From Bdellovibrionota bacterium (GTDB lineage: Bacteria; Bdellovibrionota_C; UBA2361; OMII01): a DNA stretch of 64,000 nt. Below the pieces are notes generated by a model. It saw nothing but the letters and a program-made list of their open reading frames with translations, had not been told where the DNA came from and did not search any database. Within the stretch, counting starts at the first letter, position 1, and each line of letters opens with the position of its first letter. The position numbers and the translations under genes are program-made. The DNA is taken from positions 1 to 64,000 of the forward strand of contig JBIKWQ010000004.1 in NCBI GenBank assembly GCA_044356215.1, given 5' to 3'. Positions 40,828 to 50,300 of this stretch are shown here, piece by piece.

Positions 40828-41947
40828 TCGTAGCCCGGATAATTTAATAACTATATTCATCCCGAGTGTTCACGGAGGTGGAGCCGAGCGCGCCATGCTT
40901 GTGTTCGCCTCCGAATTACTTAATTTAGGTTTTAATGTAGATCTGGTTTTAGTTAGGTTAGAGGGACAGAACGTCAGTCGGATCCCCGGTGGAGCGCGCG
41001 TTGTTGATCTAGATTGTCGGCGGATGTTGACCGCGATCCCTAAATTAATCAGATATCTTAAAAACCACCAACCGCGCGCTGTTTACTCTACCATCACTCA
41101 CGCGAACATCGCGCTCGCTTTCGCTTCTAGATTCGCTCGAGTCTCATATCCGGTGGTTGTCAGACAAGCAAATGCGCCGATCTCGGAGACCAAAGATAGT
41201 ATCGGACGGAAGATTGCCAGCCGAATGATTCCGCTGGCCTATGGTTATGCATCAAGGATTATAGCGGTGTCTGATGGGGTGCGTGGGGAGCTAATAAAGC
41301 TATCAAGCGGCCTGGAAACGTTGATATCGGTTATTCCTACACCTGTGATAAGCGAGCAGCTACTTGACGATGGTACTCGTACCCCAGAACATCCGTGGCT
41401 CATACAGCCGCAGCATGATCGAGATGTGCCAGTAATATTAAGCGCAGGGAGGCTTGAGCCACACAAGGGGATGCTCGACCTAATTCGCGCATTTAAGTCG
41501 GTTAGAGATAAAAGAGCGGCGAAGTTAATTATCCTTGGAGAGGGATCGCAACGGGGAGAGCTTATACGAGCGGCTGAGTCTTTAGGAGTAGGAGATGATG
41601 TTGACCTGGTGGGGTTTAAGAGTAATCCCTATGGTTACATGAATCACGCTAACGTATTCGCGCTAGCTTCATGGTACGAGGGGCTACCGAATGTATTGAT
41701 TCAAGCCTTAGCGTTTGGCACCCCAGTAGTAGCGACAGATTGTCCAAGTGGCCCGCGGGAGATCTTGGAGGATGGCAGATTAGGGAGATTAGTCAGAGTA
41801 GGGGATCTTACAGGTTTATCGGATGCTTTAAGTGACTCGTTAGTTTTATCTAAGAGTAGTGAAGCAAGAGAGTCAATGCTAAAGCGATTTGGGGCTCGTG
41901 AGGCTACGCTTAGGTATTTGGGGGTGGGGTGTGAGACGGGAATTTAG
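40781..41947 (+). CDS. GT4 glycosyltransferase
   Basis: HGGGAER, AGRL, EGLPNVLIQA, DCPSGPREIL; start uncertain (ATG 40781 chosen, overlaps the upstream gene). Confidence 0.88.
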   Translation: MDWLAPSNGTAKVRDSRSPDNLITIFIPSVHGGGAERAMLVFASELLNLGFNVDLVLVRLEGQNVSRIPGGARVVDLDCRRMLTAIPKLIRYLKNHQPRAVYSTITHANIALAFASRFARVSYPVVVRQANAPISETKDSIGRKIASRMIPLAYGYASRIIAVSDGVRGELIKLSSGLETLISVIPTPVISEQLLDDGTRTPEHPWLIQPQHDRDVPVILSAGRLEPHKGMLDLIRAFKSVRDKRAAKLIILGEGSQRGELIRAAESLGVGDDVDLVGFKSNPYGYMNHANVFALASWYEGLPNVLIQALAFGTPVVATDCPSGPREILEDGRLGRLVRVGDLTGLSDALSDSLVLSKSSEARESMLKRFGAREATLRYLGVGCETGI

Positions 41948-41952
41948 GACGG

Positions 41953-43029
41953 CTACGGGGGGGTGGGAGATGCGCCTCCTCCTGGTGCTTGTTGTCGCCG
42001 CGAATAGCGCTCTATTTCATGAAGGCGCGTGCTGGTCATAGGATGTGATGAGAGATAGCTACTGAGACCACTTTCTTCACGTCCCTCCGAGATCTTCCTT
42101 AACGCCTTGTGAAGAGCCATCGGGTCACTCCCTTTCTTCGCCAGACTATCAAGCGCAAAGCGATCAGCCTCTCGCTCATGATCTCGAGAGTTCTTCGAGT
42201 CGATTAAGTTGATAGCCAGAGCCTGGAATACACCCGGATCTCCCCCGAACAACAGGAGCGTAGCTATCGAAATCGCCGAGCCTCGTACCAGACTCTGAGT
42301 GCCGTGATCATAAAAAAGATGCCCCATCTCATGGGCCAAAACGGCTTCTAATTCCGAATCGTCGAGTGCCTTGACTAATTTATCGGTGGCGATGATGGTA
42401 TTGGGAAGGAGTGCCAGCGCGTTCGTTACCTCTTTATCTCCGCGACCCATAAGACGGGTCATCACATTCGGCTCAAGTGGAAGCGCTATGGCGGTCTGGA
42501 GCCCTTGCACTAGCTTCTTCGGGCGCGCCTGTTGCTCATCGCTTAGGCTAGTTGGCATAAACAAAATTTTATCGAGAAGCCCTAGACCCTGGGAGCCTAT
42601 TTCTCGTTTCATCGCGATCGGAATATGCGGTGCCATTTTTTTCGCGATCAGCGGTAGTCCGTAGGTATACAAGGAGAACGACACACCAATGGCGAGCAGA
42701 ACCACGCAGAGAGCCGAAAGAGGACGAGTCTCGATCGTCTCTATTAGTTGGGTTAGTCTTGAAACGCCAAAACCAAATGCTTTTTTTGAGCGCGAGTCGG
42801 TGGCTACATGGATCTCGGCGCCATTCTCGAAACGTAATACGATTGGCGAGTCGCCCACTGGTCGAATAGTCTTGTACTCTAGCGGCGAAATCCTGCTAGC
42901 TCCTTCGGAATTTGGATCCAGAATAAGATCGCCATTGTCCTCTCGGAATAAAGTTCTCCGAATGGCTTTTGACGACACGCCATCAAAGAATAGTCCTTCG
43001 AACTTCTCAATGCCACCAGTCGTTTTCAC
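41953..43029 (-). CDS. M48 family metallopeptidase
   Basis: NALAL, HEMGH zinc motif, EREAD, LSSHP. Confidence 0.92.
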   Translation of the reverse strand: MKTTGGIEKFEGLFFDGVSSKAIRRTLFREDNGDLILDPNSEGASRISPLEYKTIRPVGDSPIVLRFENGAEIHVATDSRSKKAFGFGVSRLTQLIETIETRPLSALCVVLLAIGVSFSLYTYGLPLIAKKMAPHIPIAMKREIGSQGLGLLDKILFMPTSLSDEQQARPKKLVQGLQTAIALPLEPNVMTRLMGRGDKEVTNALALLPNTIIATDKLVKALDDSELEAVLAHEMGHLFYDHGTQSLVRGSAISIATLLLFGGDPGVFQALAINLIDSKNSRDHEREADRFALDSLAKKGSDPMALHKALRKISEGREESGLSSYLSSHPMTSTRLHEIERYSRRQQAPGGGASPTPP

Positions 43030-43040
43030 AGGGCCTACCT

Positions 43041-44141
43041 TTAAAAGCCAAAATCTACATCAAGGTCGTACACATCCGCGGCCTGCTCGCCGACCGAACG
43101 GATCTCCGTGCGGGCTTGCCCTGCGAAATCATCGAGGTTCTTAGGGCCGACAACGGCAAGGTTATCAAGAATAAATCGCCTAACCCTAATAACACACCAC
43201 GGGCGCGCAAAACCGAGTGTCGCCAAGAGTAGGAGGGTGTTTGTTAGCGATATAAAAAAGTAGCGCTTCATAGCGGGCAGACAGCTAATAACGCAGCTTC
43301 CAATTGTGGCGTTATCCCAGACACGACGGGCCACCCCGAGCCTCATATAGCCCGGCACCCACGCTATGACAACTAAGCCAAATAAGCTAACTGAACTGGC
43401 GATTGCCATTCGAGGTAATTGAGCAAGCGAGATATGTCCAGACTTTATCATCGCTGAGGAGATTCCGCTGGTAGCTATTCCGCATATTACGATTAACGCT
43501 CCCACTACGAATAGTAATGTGGCAACCGCGTATACTCGGTACATCTGTCCAAGCGTTATCGGCGTCTTGAAAGAAGTGACCCCGTATTTAAGATTATTAA
43601 CAGCGTATCGCTTTGAAGACAGCCGCGCCCACGGGGCGAGTAGCCATAAAGTCATAATAGCGACAACTTTTGGCAATACACATCTCGTGAACGCCTCTCC
43701 AGCGGTCCCAGCAAAGTGAAACGAAAGATTTCTATAGCTCGTGTAACGAGCCCGGAATCGAAGCGCCGCGGAGATTACCCAAGGCCAGCCAAGCGCAAAA
43801 AGCGGAACAGCAATGAGGATCCAGAGCCAAGAGATAGCACGCGCCTTAGTTATCACAATTAGAGCGGCGAAGAGAATCAGGCGACCTTTAAATATCTTCC
43901 ATGGGTCCGCCGTGTATTCAAATTGCACACCGGCCAGCTCGGTATGGCTCATTAGGTACCGCTCGCGTCGCACTTTCGCCCACGGGGAATAAAATCCTAG
44001 AGTAATAATCGTAAGAGCTACATTCACTATCCAGATGCTGAAATACTCGCGGGCCGAACCCGTGAATAAAAAAGAATGCTCAACTGACTCATCTGGAGCT
44101 GCACGAGAGGAAGGTGGCGGAGGTGATTGCGTGACTGTCAT
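43041..44141 (-). CDS. YjgN/DUF898 family membrane protein
   Basis: FTGSAREYFSIWIVNVALTIITLGFYSPWAKVR; commonly paired with M48 peptidase. Confidence 0.93.
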   Translation of the reverse strand: MTVTQSPPPPSSRAAPDESVEHSFLFTGSAREYFSIWIVNVALTIITLGFYSPWAKVRRERYLMSHTELAGVQFEYTADPWKIFKGRLILFAALIVITKARAISWLWILIAVPLFALGWPWVISAALRFRARYTSYRNLSFHFAGTAGEAFTRCVLPKVVAIMTLWLLAPWARLSSKRYAVNNLKYGVTSFKTPITLGQMYRVYAVATLLFVVGALIVICGIATSGISSAMIKSGHISLAQLPRMAIASSVSLFGLVVIAWVPGYMRLGVARRVWDNATIGSCVISCLPAMKRYFFISLTNTLLLLATLGFARPWCVIRVRRFILDNLAVVGPKNLDDFAGQARTEIRSVGEQAADVYDLDVDFGF

Positions 44142-44226
44142 GTTTGGCTAGTACTAGTTGAAAATCAATTGATAACAAATGGTATCAGCAAACTATGATG
44201 TCGGTAAACCGGAGATGTAGCTGGCC

Positions 44227-44613
44227 TCACAATAAATCAACCGCGCCAGTTTTTCTTAGTGTCTCGTCAGCGGTAGCGAATACAAGTTTGTTCTCAAGAG
44301 CAGTAGCCACTAAGAAGCGATCGGCTGGATCGCCGTGATCAAAGTTAAGTCTTCGCGATCTGAGCGCGATTGGAAAGGTCAGCGGGGCCTCCTTAAGCGA
44401 AAATTCGGAGAGCGCTGATTTAATCCAAGAGGCGGGCGTTCCCTTTACCGCTAATCTGCCTCTCTCTATCAGTAAGTGAGCCTCCCAGATTGAAACCGGA
44501 CTAAGGAATAGCTCGTTGTCTGGATTGTCTAGCCCGACTTTTTGCTTCTTGTTTAATCGCTTGTCACCAAGCAGGTACCAGAGCCAAATGTGGGTATCGA
44601 GCAGGATCCTCAC
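44227..44613 (-). CDS. vapC: VapC family PIN-domain toxin
   Basis: ILLDTHIWLW, SPVSIWE, HGDPADR, TAD; GTG start overlaps the antitoxin stop. Confidence 0.93.
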   Translation of the reverse strand: MRILLDTHIWLWYLLGDKRLNKKQKVGLDNPDNELFLSPVSIWEAHLLIERGRLAVKGTPASWIKSALSEFSLKEAPLTFPIALRSRRLNFDHGDPADRFLVATALENKLVFATADETLRKTGAVDLL

Positions 44614-44849
44614 TTTATGAGCGCCTCCCAATCGTTATCGGCAAGAGGGGAGACGAGGTCCCCGACTTTCCCGGATAGGGTGTCTTTTAAAGCGCCATAT
44701 GAACTCTTCGAACGCTTGGAATCTGCTGGATAAACAACCGCCAATGGCTTTCCGTTCTTTAGGATCTCGATCGGCTCGCCAGTGGTCTTTACTCGCTCAA
44801 GAAGACGCAAACAGATAGCTTTGAACTCAGAGACGTTAATTTTTTCCAT
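44610..44849 (-). CDS. Phd/YefM family antitoxin
   Basis: INVSEFKA, GEPIEILKNGKPLA; directly upstream of vapC. Confidence 0.92.
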   Translation of the reverse strand: MEKINVSEFKAICLRLLERVKTTGEPIEILKNGKPLAVVYPADSKRSKSSYGALKDTLSGKVGDLVSPLADNDWEALIK

Positions 44850-44858
44850 TCTTCTTTA

Positions 44859-44888
44859 AGTATAGTCAAATTATATGACTATAGTCAA
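44859..44888 (-). promoter_or_regulatory. Toxin-antitoxin promoter with overlapping palindromic operators
   Basis: Minus strand TTGACT-N18-TATACT, 9 nt before the ATG; inverted repeat TATAGTCA/TGACTATA and palindrome TGACTATAGTCA. Confidence 0.7.
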
Positions 44889-46138
44889 CTTGTATTCCTC
44901 CCCCCCAACAACACCCCAAGCATCAACAGAAACGGTCTCTGATCAAGAATATTATGACTAAAAAGCCCACCAACGGCGGCCACAATTATCAGAGCTACGC
45001 CGTTGCGGCAGCCTCGCTTCGCAAAAGTTACCATCGAGCAGATGAGGAACCCCAGGTAGGTTATTAATCCTAGCGCTCCGTTATTTATCCACTGCTGGAG
45101 ATAGATATTGTGAGGCAGCTCAGACATCGTTCGTGAGAAGCCAGTTCCGTGACCGAGTAAGGGGGCCTCCTCAATAAGTTCGATCCCCTCAACTACGGCG
45201 TCTAAGCGAGTTCCAGCGGAGCCGTCATCAACCTGCTGGTTGTTTAGTAGTCGCACAAGACGGGACTTTCCCTGTGTGCTAGAGCTTAATTGAGCGAACG
45301 TGACAGCGAATCCAAGAGCTATCACCGCTGCTAGGCATATAATCACTATCTCCGAGGCGATTCGGGAGCGGGATAATCCGGACTTAAAGAATCTGTAATA
45401 GATAGCTATTCCTAAGAGGGCCAAAAATACTACCAGTCCGCTACGCGACATGGTCATGCAGACGGTAGAGAAAGTTAAGAGGAGCAGGATAAGGTTGAGC
45501 ACCACGCTGGTTTGATTGGCCTTTGGCGTGACGCGACCTTTTGGCGTTCCTAGATCGATCGCTCCAGCGCAGACAATCACCGCTACAAGACTTGAAAAGT
45601 TAGCGTTCCCTGAGAATCCCGCTGGGCGATTCGTTATCGGAGCAAATGTGCCTGGATGGAGGGTGTCGTACCAGACTGAGGAAGCGAGGAGCAGAAGGCT
45701 GCCCAAGGCCGAGAGCTTTACGGCGCTAGAGGTCGTGCTAAAGCGCCCCATGATCGCGGCGGATGCGGTAATACATAACCCGTATGGAATCAGCAGTATC
45801 CACTTAGCACCCTCGCTCCAGAACGCGCCGGGCAGAGCCGAGAGTATCAGGGCTAATAGAGCCACCAATGAGAAGGGGACCAGAACCGTAGCATTCTGCC
45901 TAAAGACCGTGATTGGACCTTGAACGTAGCTATGGCGCAGGTGTTTAAGCGTTAATAGAAATATAAATGGAGTCAGCGATACAAGGCATAGGATAGTAGC
46001 GCCGGTCGGTAGTTTCCCACCGTGACCAAGAGCTTGGTCAGCGACAGAGAAGAATAGGATAAGTAGAGCGAAGGTATAGCTAAAAAGAAGAAGCGATCTA
46101 AGTGAACTAGTAGGTGATCTTGAGTGTATTGAGTGCAT
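44885..46138 (-). CDS. O-antigen ligase / Wzy-like membrane protein
   Basis: Multi-TM; TMSRSG, PLLGHG, PHNIYL motifs; start uncertain. Confidence 0.85.
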   Translation of the reverse strand: MHSIHSRSPTSSLRSLLLFSYTFALLILFFSVADQALGHGGKLPTGATILCLVSLTPFIFLLTLKHLRHSYVQGPITVFRQNATVLVPFSLVALLALILSALPGAFWSEGAKWILLIPYGLCITASAAIMGRFSTTSSAVKLSALGSLLLLASSVWYDTLHPGTFAPITNRPAGFSGNANFSSLVAVIVCAGAIDLGTPKGRVTPKANQTSVVLNLILLLLTFSTVCMTMSRSGLVVFLALLGIAIYYRFFKSGLSRSRIASEIVIICLAAVIALGFAVTFAQLSSSTQGKSRLVRLLNNQQVDDGSAGTRLDAVVEGIELIEEAPLLGHGTGFSRTMSELPHNIYLQQWINNGALGLITYLGFLICSMVTFAKRGCRNGVALIIVAAVGGLFSHNILDQRPFLLMLGVLLGGRNTS

Positions 46139-46253
46139 GAACTGCCATTTGTAAGTTTCCGCGATAATCTCGTCATTTCCACCTGGATTCCAATGCGCTA
46201 GCGCATATCGGACTGAACGGTGTTGAGGGTAAGTTCGGTGCATTTGGCACTTT

Positions 46254-47765
46254 ATGACGCACACCCCCGAGTCCGACGGAAAGCGGATCCTTAGAGGATT
46301 CCAGTGGACCTATATCTCAGTAGCTTTGCAGGGGCTACTTAAACTAGTTGCTCTGATGATACTCGCGCGGATACTCACTCCGCGTGATTTCGGTCTACTT
46401 GGATTCGCTCTTATCTGCACAAACTTCGTGGAGCGAATCGGGCAGGGGGGCTTCGCTCCCGCGATTGTACAGGTCGAGGAAGCTACTCAGAGCATAATAA
46501 CAACAGCTGCGCGCACTAGCGTTGCTTTCGGCTTCTTTTCGATGGCTGTTTTGGCTCTTAGCTCAGGGGCGGTCGCCACGTTTTTTGGTGAGAGGGAGTT
46601 AGCTCTTGTAGTCATAGCGCTCAGTGTCGGATGTCTAATCGAATCTATAGTCGCGATACCAGAGGCTTTGTTACAGCGAGAGTTGCGGCTCAAGGAGATT
46701 ATGTTGGCCGAAAATGTAGCCTATCTGATATCAATGATCGCGATCTGCCCAACTATGGCGCTCTTTGGTTGGGGCGTCTGGTCATTAGTCATAGCGCAGC
46801 TCTCTTTGAAGGTAATTAGGTTAGTTATGATTCAAAGAGCGGCGCCACCTTGTCTGTCAGGTATGTGGTCGACAGTGGAGGCGCTCAAGCTGACAAAGCT
46901 AGCATTTGGTTTTAGCCTAGGAAGACTCCTAAATTTCTTCTCGCTGCAGGGAGATAATTTTGTAGTCGGAAGGCTTTTAGGTACTGAGGCGCTTGGAATG
47001 TACAACCGAGCCTATCAGCTGATGACCCTGCCAGCGATGTACTTCGGTCAGGTATTCGAGCGAGTTATGTTTCCGGCGATGGCTAGAAAGCAGAGCAACA
47101 AGAAGGAGCTGGGAGATGAGTTCCTAATTGCACTTGAGGTGATTACAGCGATAGCGCTGCCAGCAGGGGTGGTGATGTTTGCTTTGGCTAACGAGATCGT
47201 GCTTGTTGGGTTTGGACCTCGGTGGATAAGTGTGGTTCCAGTGGTTAGCGTACTTTCCTTCGGTGTCTTTTTTAGAACTGCCTATAAATGCAGTGATACA
47301 GTAGTGCGGTCGTTAGGAGCAGTTTATGATTATGCCGGTCGACAAGCTCTGTACGCAACCCTTGTGATCGGAGGGGCTTATTTCGGCGCTAAGTATGATC
47401 AGATAGGTGGTGTCGCCGTCGGAGTGGTCTTAGCTGTGGCGATTAATTATGTTTCGATGACCCGACTTAGCTCAAAACTTTTAGGTTTGAGGATACGTCA
47501 GATTGTTTGGACGCACGCGCTTGGGATCTGGAGCAGCCTTTGGGTTAGTGCCGGGTTGGCGTTGGCGATGGGTGAGCTCAGAAACCTGGAGCTATCGCCT
47601 GTGATATTATTGATGACGGCAGTAGCGGTTGCTCTTATTAGCTGGACACTCAGCGTTCTAATTGCGGCACTGCTTGTTCCGTCCATTAGTGTACGTAGAG
47701 CAATGATATATTTAAGAACGGCTAGGAGGGTTAACCGTATTGGGGAGCCAAGGGGGATTGTTTAG
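46254..47765 (+). CDS. Wzx flippase (WzxC-like)
   Basis: ILARILTPRDFG, DNFVVGRLLG..ALGMYNRAY. Confidence 0.92.
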   Translation: MTHTPESDGKRILRGFQWTYISVALQGLLKLVALMILARILTPRDFGLLGFALICTNFVERIGQGGFAPAIVQVEEATQSIITTAARTSVAFGFFSMAVLALSSGAVATFFGERELALVVIALSVGCLIESIVAIPEALLQRELRLKEIMLAENVAYLISMIAICPTMALFGWGVWSLVIAQLSLKVIRLVMIQRAAPPCLSGMWSTVEALKLTKLAFGFSLGRLLNFFSLQGDNFVVGRLLGTEALGMYNRAYQLMTLPAMYFGQVFERVMFPAMARKQSNKKELGDEFLIALEVITAIALPAGVVMFALANEIVLVGFGPRWISVVPVVSVLSFGVFFRTAYKCSDTVVRSLGAVYDYAGRQALYATLVIGGAYFGAKYDQIGGVAVGVVLAVAINYVSMTRLSSKLLGLRIRQIVWTHALGIWSSLWVSAGLALAMGELRNLELSPVILLMTAVAVALISWTLSVLIAALLVPSISVRRAMIYLRTARRVNRIGEPRGIV

Positions 47766-47772
47766 TTCTCCT

Positions 47773-47799
47773 TTAGGGAAGGCCGGCAAAACCTCGCTT
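47773..47799 (+). repeat. Solo IS5-like MITE end
   Basis: TTAG-GGAAGGCCGGCAAAACC-TCGCTT; no partner end nearby. Confidence 0.75.
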
Positions 47800-48000
47800 G
47801 CGCGATATTTTTTTAGAAACGGCGCGTTTGCGCCGTTTAGGTAGATGCTGCTGTTGCCAGAAGCTGATAATATCTGTGGCATGACACAGAGAACATTCGC
47901 TTAAACTAAACTGGGCATCGAATGCCCTTGTCATTTTGGCTTTCTTAGCGAAACAAGAAAGGACTAATGGTTAGTGCCGTTGTAACTACTGGCCTTGAGC

Positions 48001-48639
48001 TTATCGGGCCCCCGAGCCTGAAAGCACGACAGAGATAGTTTTTAGTGCTATCCAGAGGTCAAGTATAAGGCTCCATTGTCGTATGTATATCAAGTCTAAT
48101 CCGAGTTTGCGGCGGTAGCCTAACACTCCGTCAGGGTAGCCCTGAATGACTTGGGCTAAGCCAGTTAGCCCAGCCTTAGCTTGTAGCCGCTGATGAAACC
48201 GTGGAATTGACCCAGAGAGCTGCGCGGCTATCTCAGGCCGCTCAGGGCGTGGACCAATAAGAGACATGTCTCCACGCAGAACGTTAAAGAGCTGCGGAAG
48301 CTCATCTAATCTCGTACGGCGTAGAAAGCGCCCGATCGGCGTCACCCGATCGTCAGTTCTTGCCGCCAAAGTCGCGCCACCTTCGGATTCAGCATCCACT
48401 CGCATTGAGCGGAACTTCCACAGTGTAAACTCTCTGCCCCCCTGTGTGAGTCTGGTTTGACAGTAAAGTGCTGGCCCAGGTGAAGTGAGTTTAATAGCAA
48501 TCGCGACCAGTATCATTACCGGAGAGAGAATTGCAATTAACGCTAGTGAAGCTAAGAGATCAATCCCTCTTTTCAGCAAGCCAGAGAGGCTATTAAAGGC
48601 TGAACCCTTCTCTTTATTAATAATGTGTGACGATCCCAT
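48001..48639 (-). CDS. Priming sugar transferase (phosphoglycosyl transferase)
   Basis: KRGIDL, KFRSM, DELPQLFNVLRGDMSLIGPRPE. Confidence 0.95.
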   Translation of the reverse strand: MGSSHIINKEKGSAFNSLSGLLKRGIDLLASLALIAILSPVMILVAIAIKLTSPGPALYCQTRLTQGGREFTLWKFRSMRVDAESEGGATLAARTDDRVTPIGRFLRRTRLDELPQLFNVLRGDMSLIGPRPERPEIAAQLSGSIPRFHQRLQAKAGLTGLAQVIQGYPDGVLGYRRKLGLDLIYIRQWSLILDLWIALKTISVVLSGSGAR

Positions 48640-48735
48640 GCTACATCCTTTTCTACTAAACACTACCGTCCGCTGTGGCGAGGATCACAGCGGCTTAAAC
48701 TCAAAAGATGGTATTAGATTTCTCGGTTTTTATTT

Positions 48736-49845
48736 ATGCGTGTAGTCATTCTTTACAATTCAAGTTGGTACGTTTTTCTTTTAAGACGGAATCTCGTCTT
48801 ATCGTTACGAGCTCTAGGGCATGAAGTTACTGTCATAGCGCCGGTTGATCGTTACACCGAGCGAGTAAAACAGATGGGTGTTTCTTTCTTACCGATTGCG
48901 ATTGATGGAGCTGGGCGCTCTCCTGTTGGTGAGGTGAGGACTCTGACATCAATAAATAGGGCACTAAAAACAGCGCGACCTCACGCGGTTCTATCTTTTA
49001 CAGTTAAGTGCAATCTCTATGCAGGTCTATGCCGTCGATTCATGGATTTTAAGCATATCGCCAATGTATCAGGGTTGGGTGAGCTCTTTGATTTGAACTC
49101 AAGGCTTAAAAGAGCCGCCGAGCTGCTTTATAGAATAGCTCTTGGAAGAACTAACGTAGTCTTTTTTCAGAATGAACAAGATAAGGATCTACTTGTTAGC
49201 AACGGCGCGGTAGAACGCGCCCGTTCGCGTGTAATTCCGGGCTCCGGTGTAGATCTTGAGCGTTTTACGGCTGACCTTAGGATGCCGAGCTCACAGAGGA
49301 CGTTCCTTATGTTTGGCAGGCTACTTCCGAAGAAGGGTTTTGATCACTTCATCAACGCGGCGCGCGAAGTGCGTCAGCGGCTTGGAGATGATGTGGCATT
49401 TTGGATTATGGGTGCTGCCGACCCGCAGCGCGCTGAGTCCCTGGAGCTACTTGAGCGGGTGAATGGCGCACATGCAGAGGGAATAATTCGGTATCTTCAA
49501 TCCACAGATGATCCTTTGCCGACTATTAAAGAGAGTGACGTGGTAGTGCTCCCTTCTACATATAATGAGGGGATACCGCGTTCGTTACTAGAGGCACTAG
49601 CTTGTGGCAAGCCTGTTATCACAACGGATTGGAAGGGGTGCCGGGAGACCGTAGAGGATGGAAGGAATGGATTTCTTGTCAAGCCAAACGATACCAAGTC
49701 GCTGGTAGCTGCGTTTGAGGCCGTGGCAAAAAAAGAAGCAGATGAGCTCCTTTTGATGGGGCGCAACAGTCGAGAGTTAGCGGAGCGTCGCTTTGATGAA
49801 AGGGTGGTGTTGGATGCCTATCTGGGGGCGTTGGGAGAGGAATAG
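48736..49845 (+). CDS. GT4 glycosyltransferase (CapM/PglA-like)
   Basis: FQNEQD, PGSGVDL, EGIPRSLLEA, GCRETV. Confidence 0.93.
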   Translation: MRVVILYNSSWYVFLLRRNLVLSLRALGHEVTVIAPVDRYTERVKQMGVSFLPIAIDGAGRSPVGEVRTLTSINRALKTARPHAVLSFTVKCNLYAGLCRRFMDFKHIANVSGLGELFDLNSRLKRAAELLYRIALGRTNVVFFQNEQDKDLLVSNGAVERARSRVIPGSGVDLERFTADLRMPSSQRTFLMFGRLLPKKGFDHFINAAREVRQRLGDDVAFWIMGAADPQRAESLELLERVNGAHAEGIIRYLQSTDDPLPTIKESDVVVLPSTYNEGIPRSLLEALACGKPVITTDWKGCRETVEDGRNGFLVKPNDTKSLVAAFEAVAKKEADELLLMGRNSRELAERRFDERVVLDAYLGALGEE

Positions 49846-49879
49846 GGATAATAAAGGATTTACCGAGGTTTTCATTTAA

Positions 49880-50130
49880 GGAAGGCCGGCAAAACCCCTC
49901 CCTACTGCGAAAGCGGATCTTGAGCTGCTCTTCGAGTTTTCGAGATGGGAAAAAATCCTCAATGTATCACAGCGGATACACTTCCGACCTTCGCTAAAGC
50001 TACGGCCGGCGAGATAATGTAGGACCAGACGTAGCCGTGGCGTAGTCTGGTGCGGTTTTTCCCCATCTCGAAAATCGAATATCAACTCAACCTCCACTTT
50101 CTCGCTACGGGTAGGTTTTGCCGGCCTTCC
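49880..50130. mobile_element. 251-bp palindromic IS5-like MITE with TTAA duplication
   Basis: Perfect 17-bp terminal inverted repeats (49880-49896, 50114-50130), TTAA on both sides, imperfect inverted arms of about 80 bp. Confidence 0.85.
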
Positions 50131-50257
50131 TTAAACAAAGAGTAAAAGAGATCGGCGAGCCTTAAAAGGGTTTTTACCTACTTTTTGTCCTGATTACTTT
50201 CTGTGAAGCCTTATCTCCCAGGATGTGGGTAATGGTCAGACGGAAAGGGAGGACAAC

Positions 50258-50287
50258 AGTGGCAGATCGGGTACGTTCACGAGCACG
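50258..50287. repeat. Dispersed copy of the 60.7-kb palindromic repeat arm
   Basis: 28 of 30 nt match the reverse complement of 60734-60763. Confidence 0.7.
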
Positions 50288-50300
50288 ATCAAGTGCCTCT

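Noticed and set aside
47880..47990. Possible integron attC site
   Set aside because: No convincing paired RYYYAAC/GTTRRRY boxes, no cassette array and no integrase.
49876..50097. 73-aa ORF inside the MITE as a transposase remnant
   Set aside because: No DDE motifs; it is a translation of palindromic repeat sequence.
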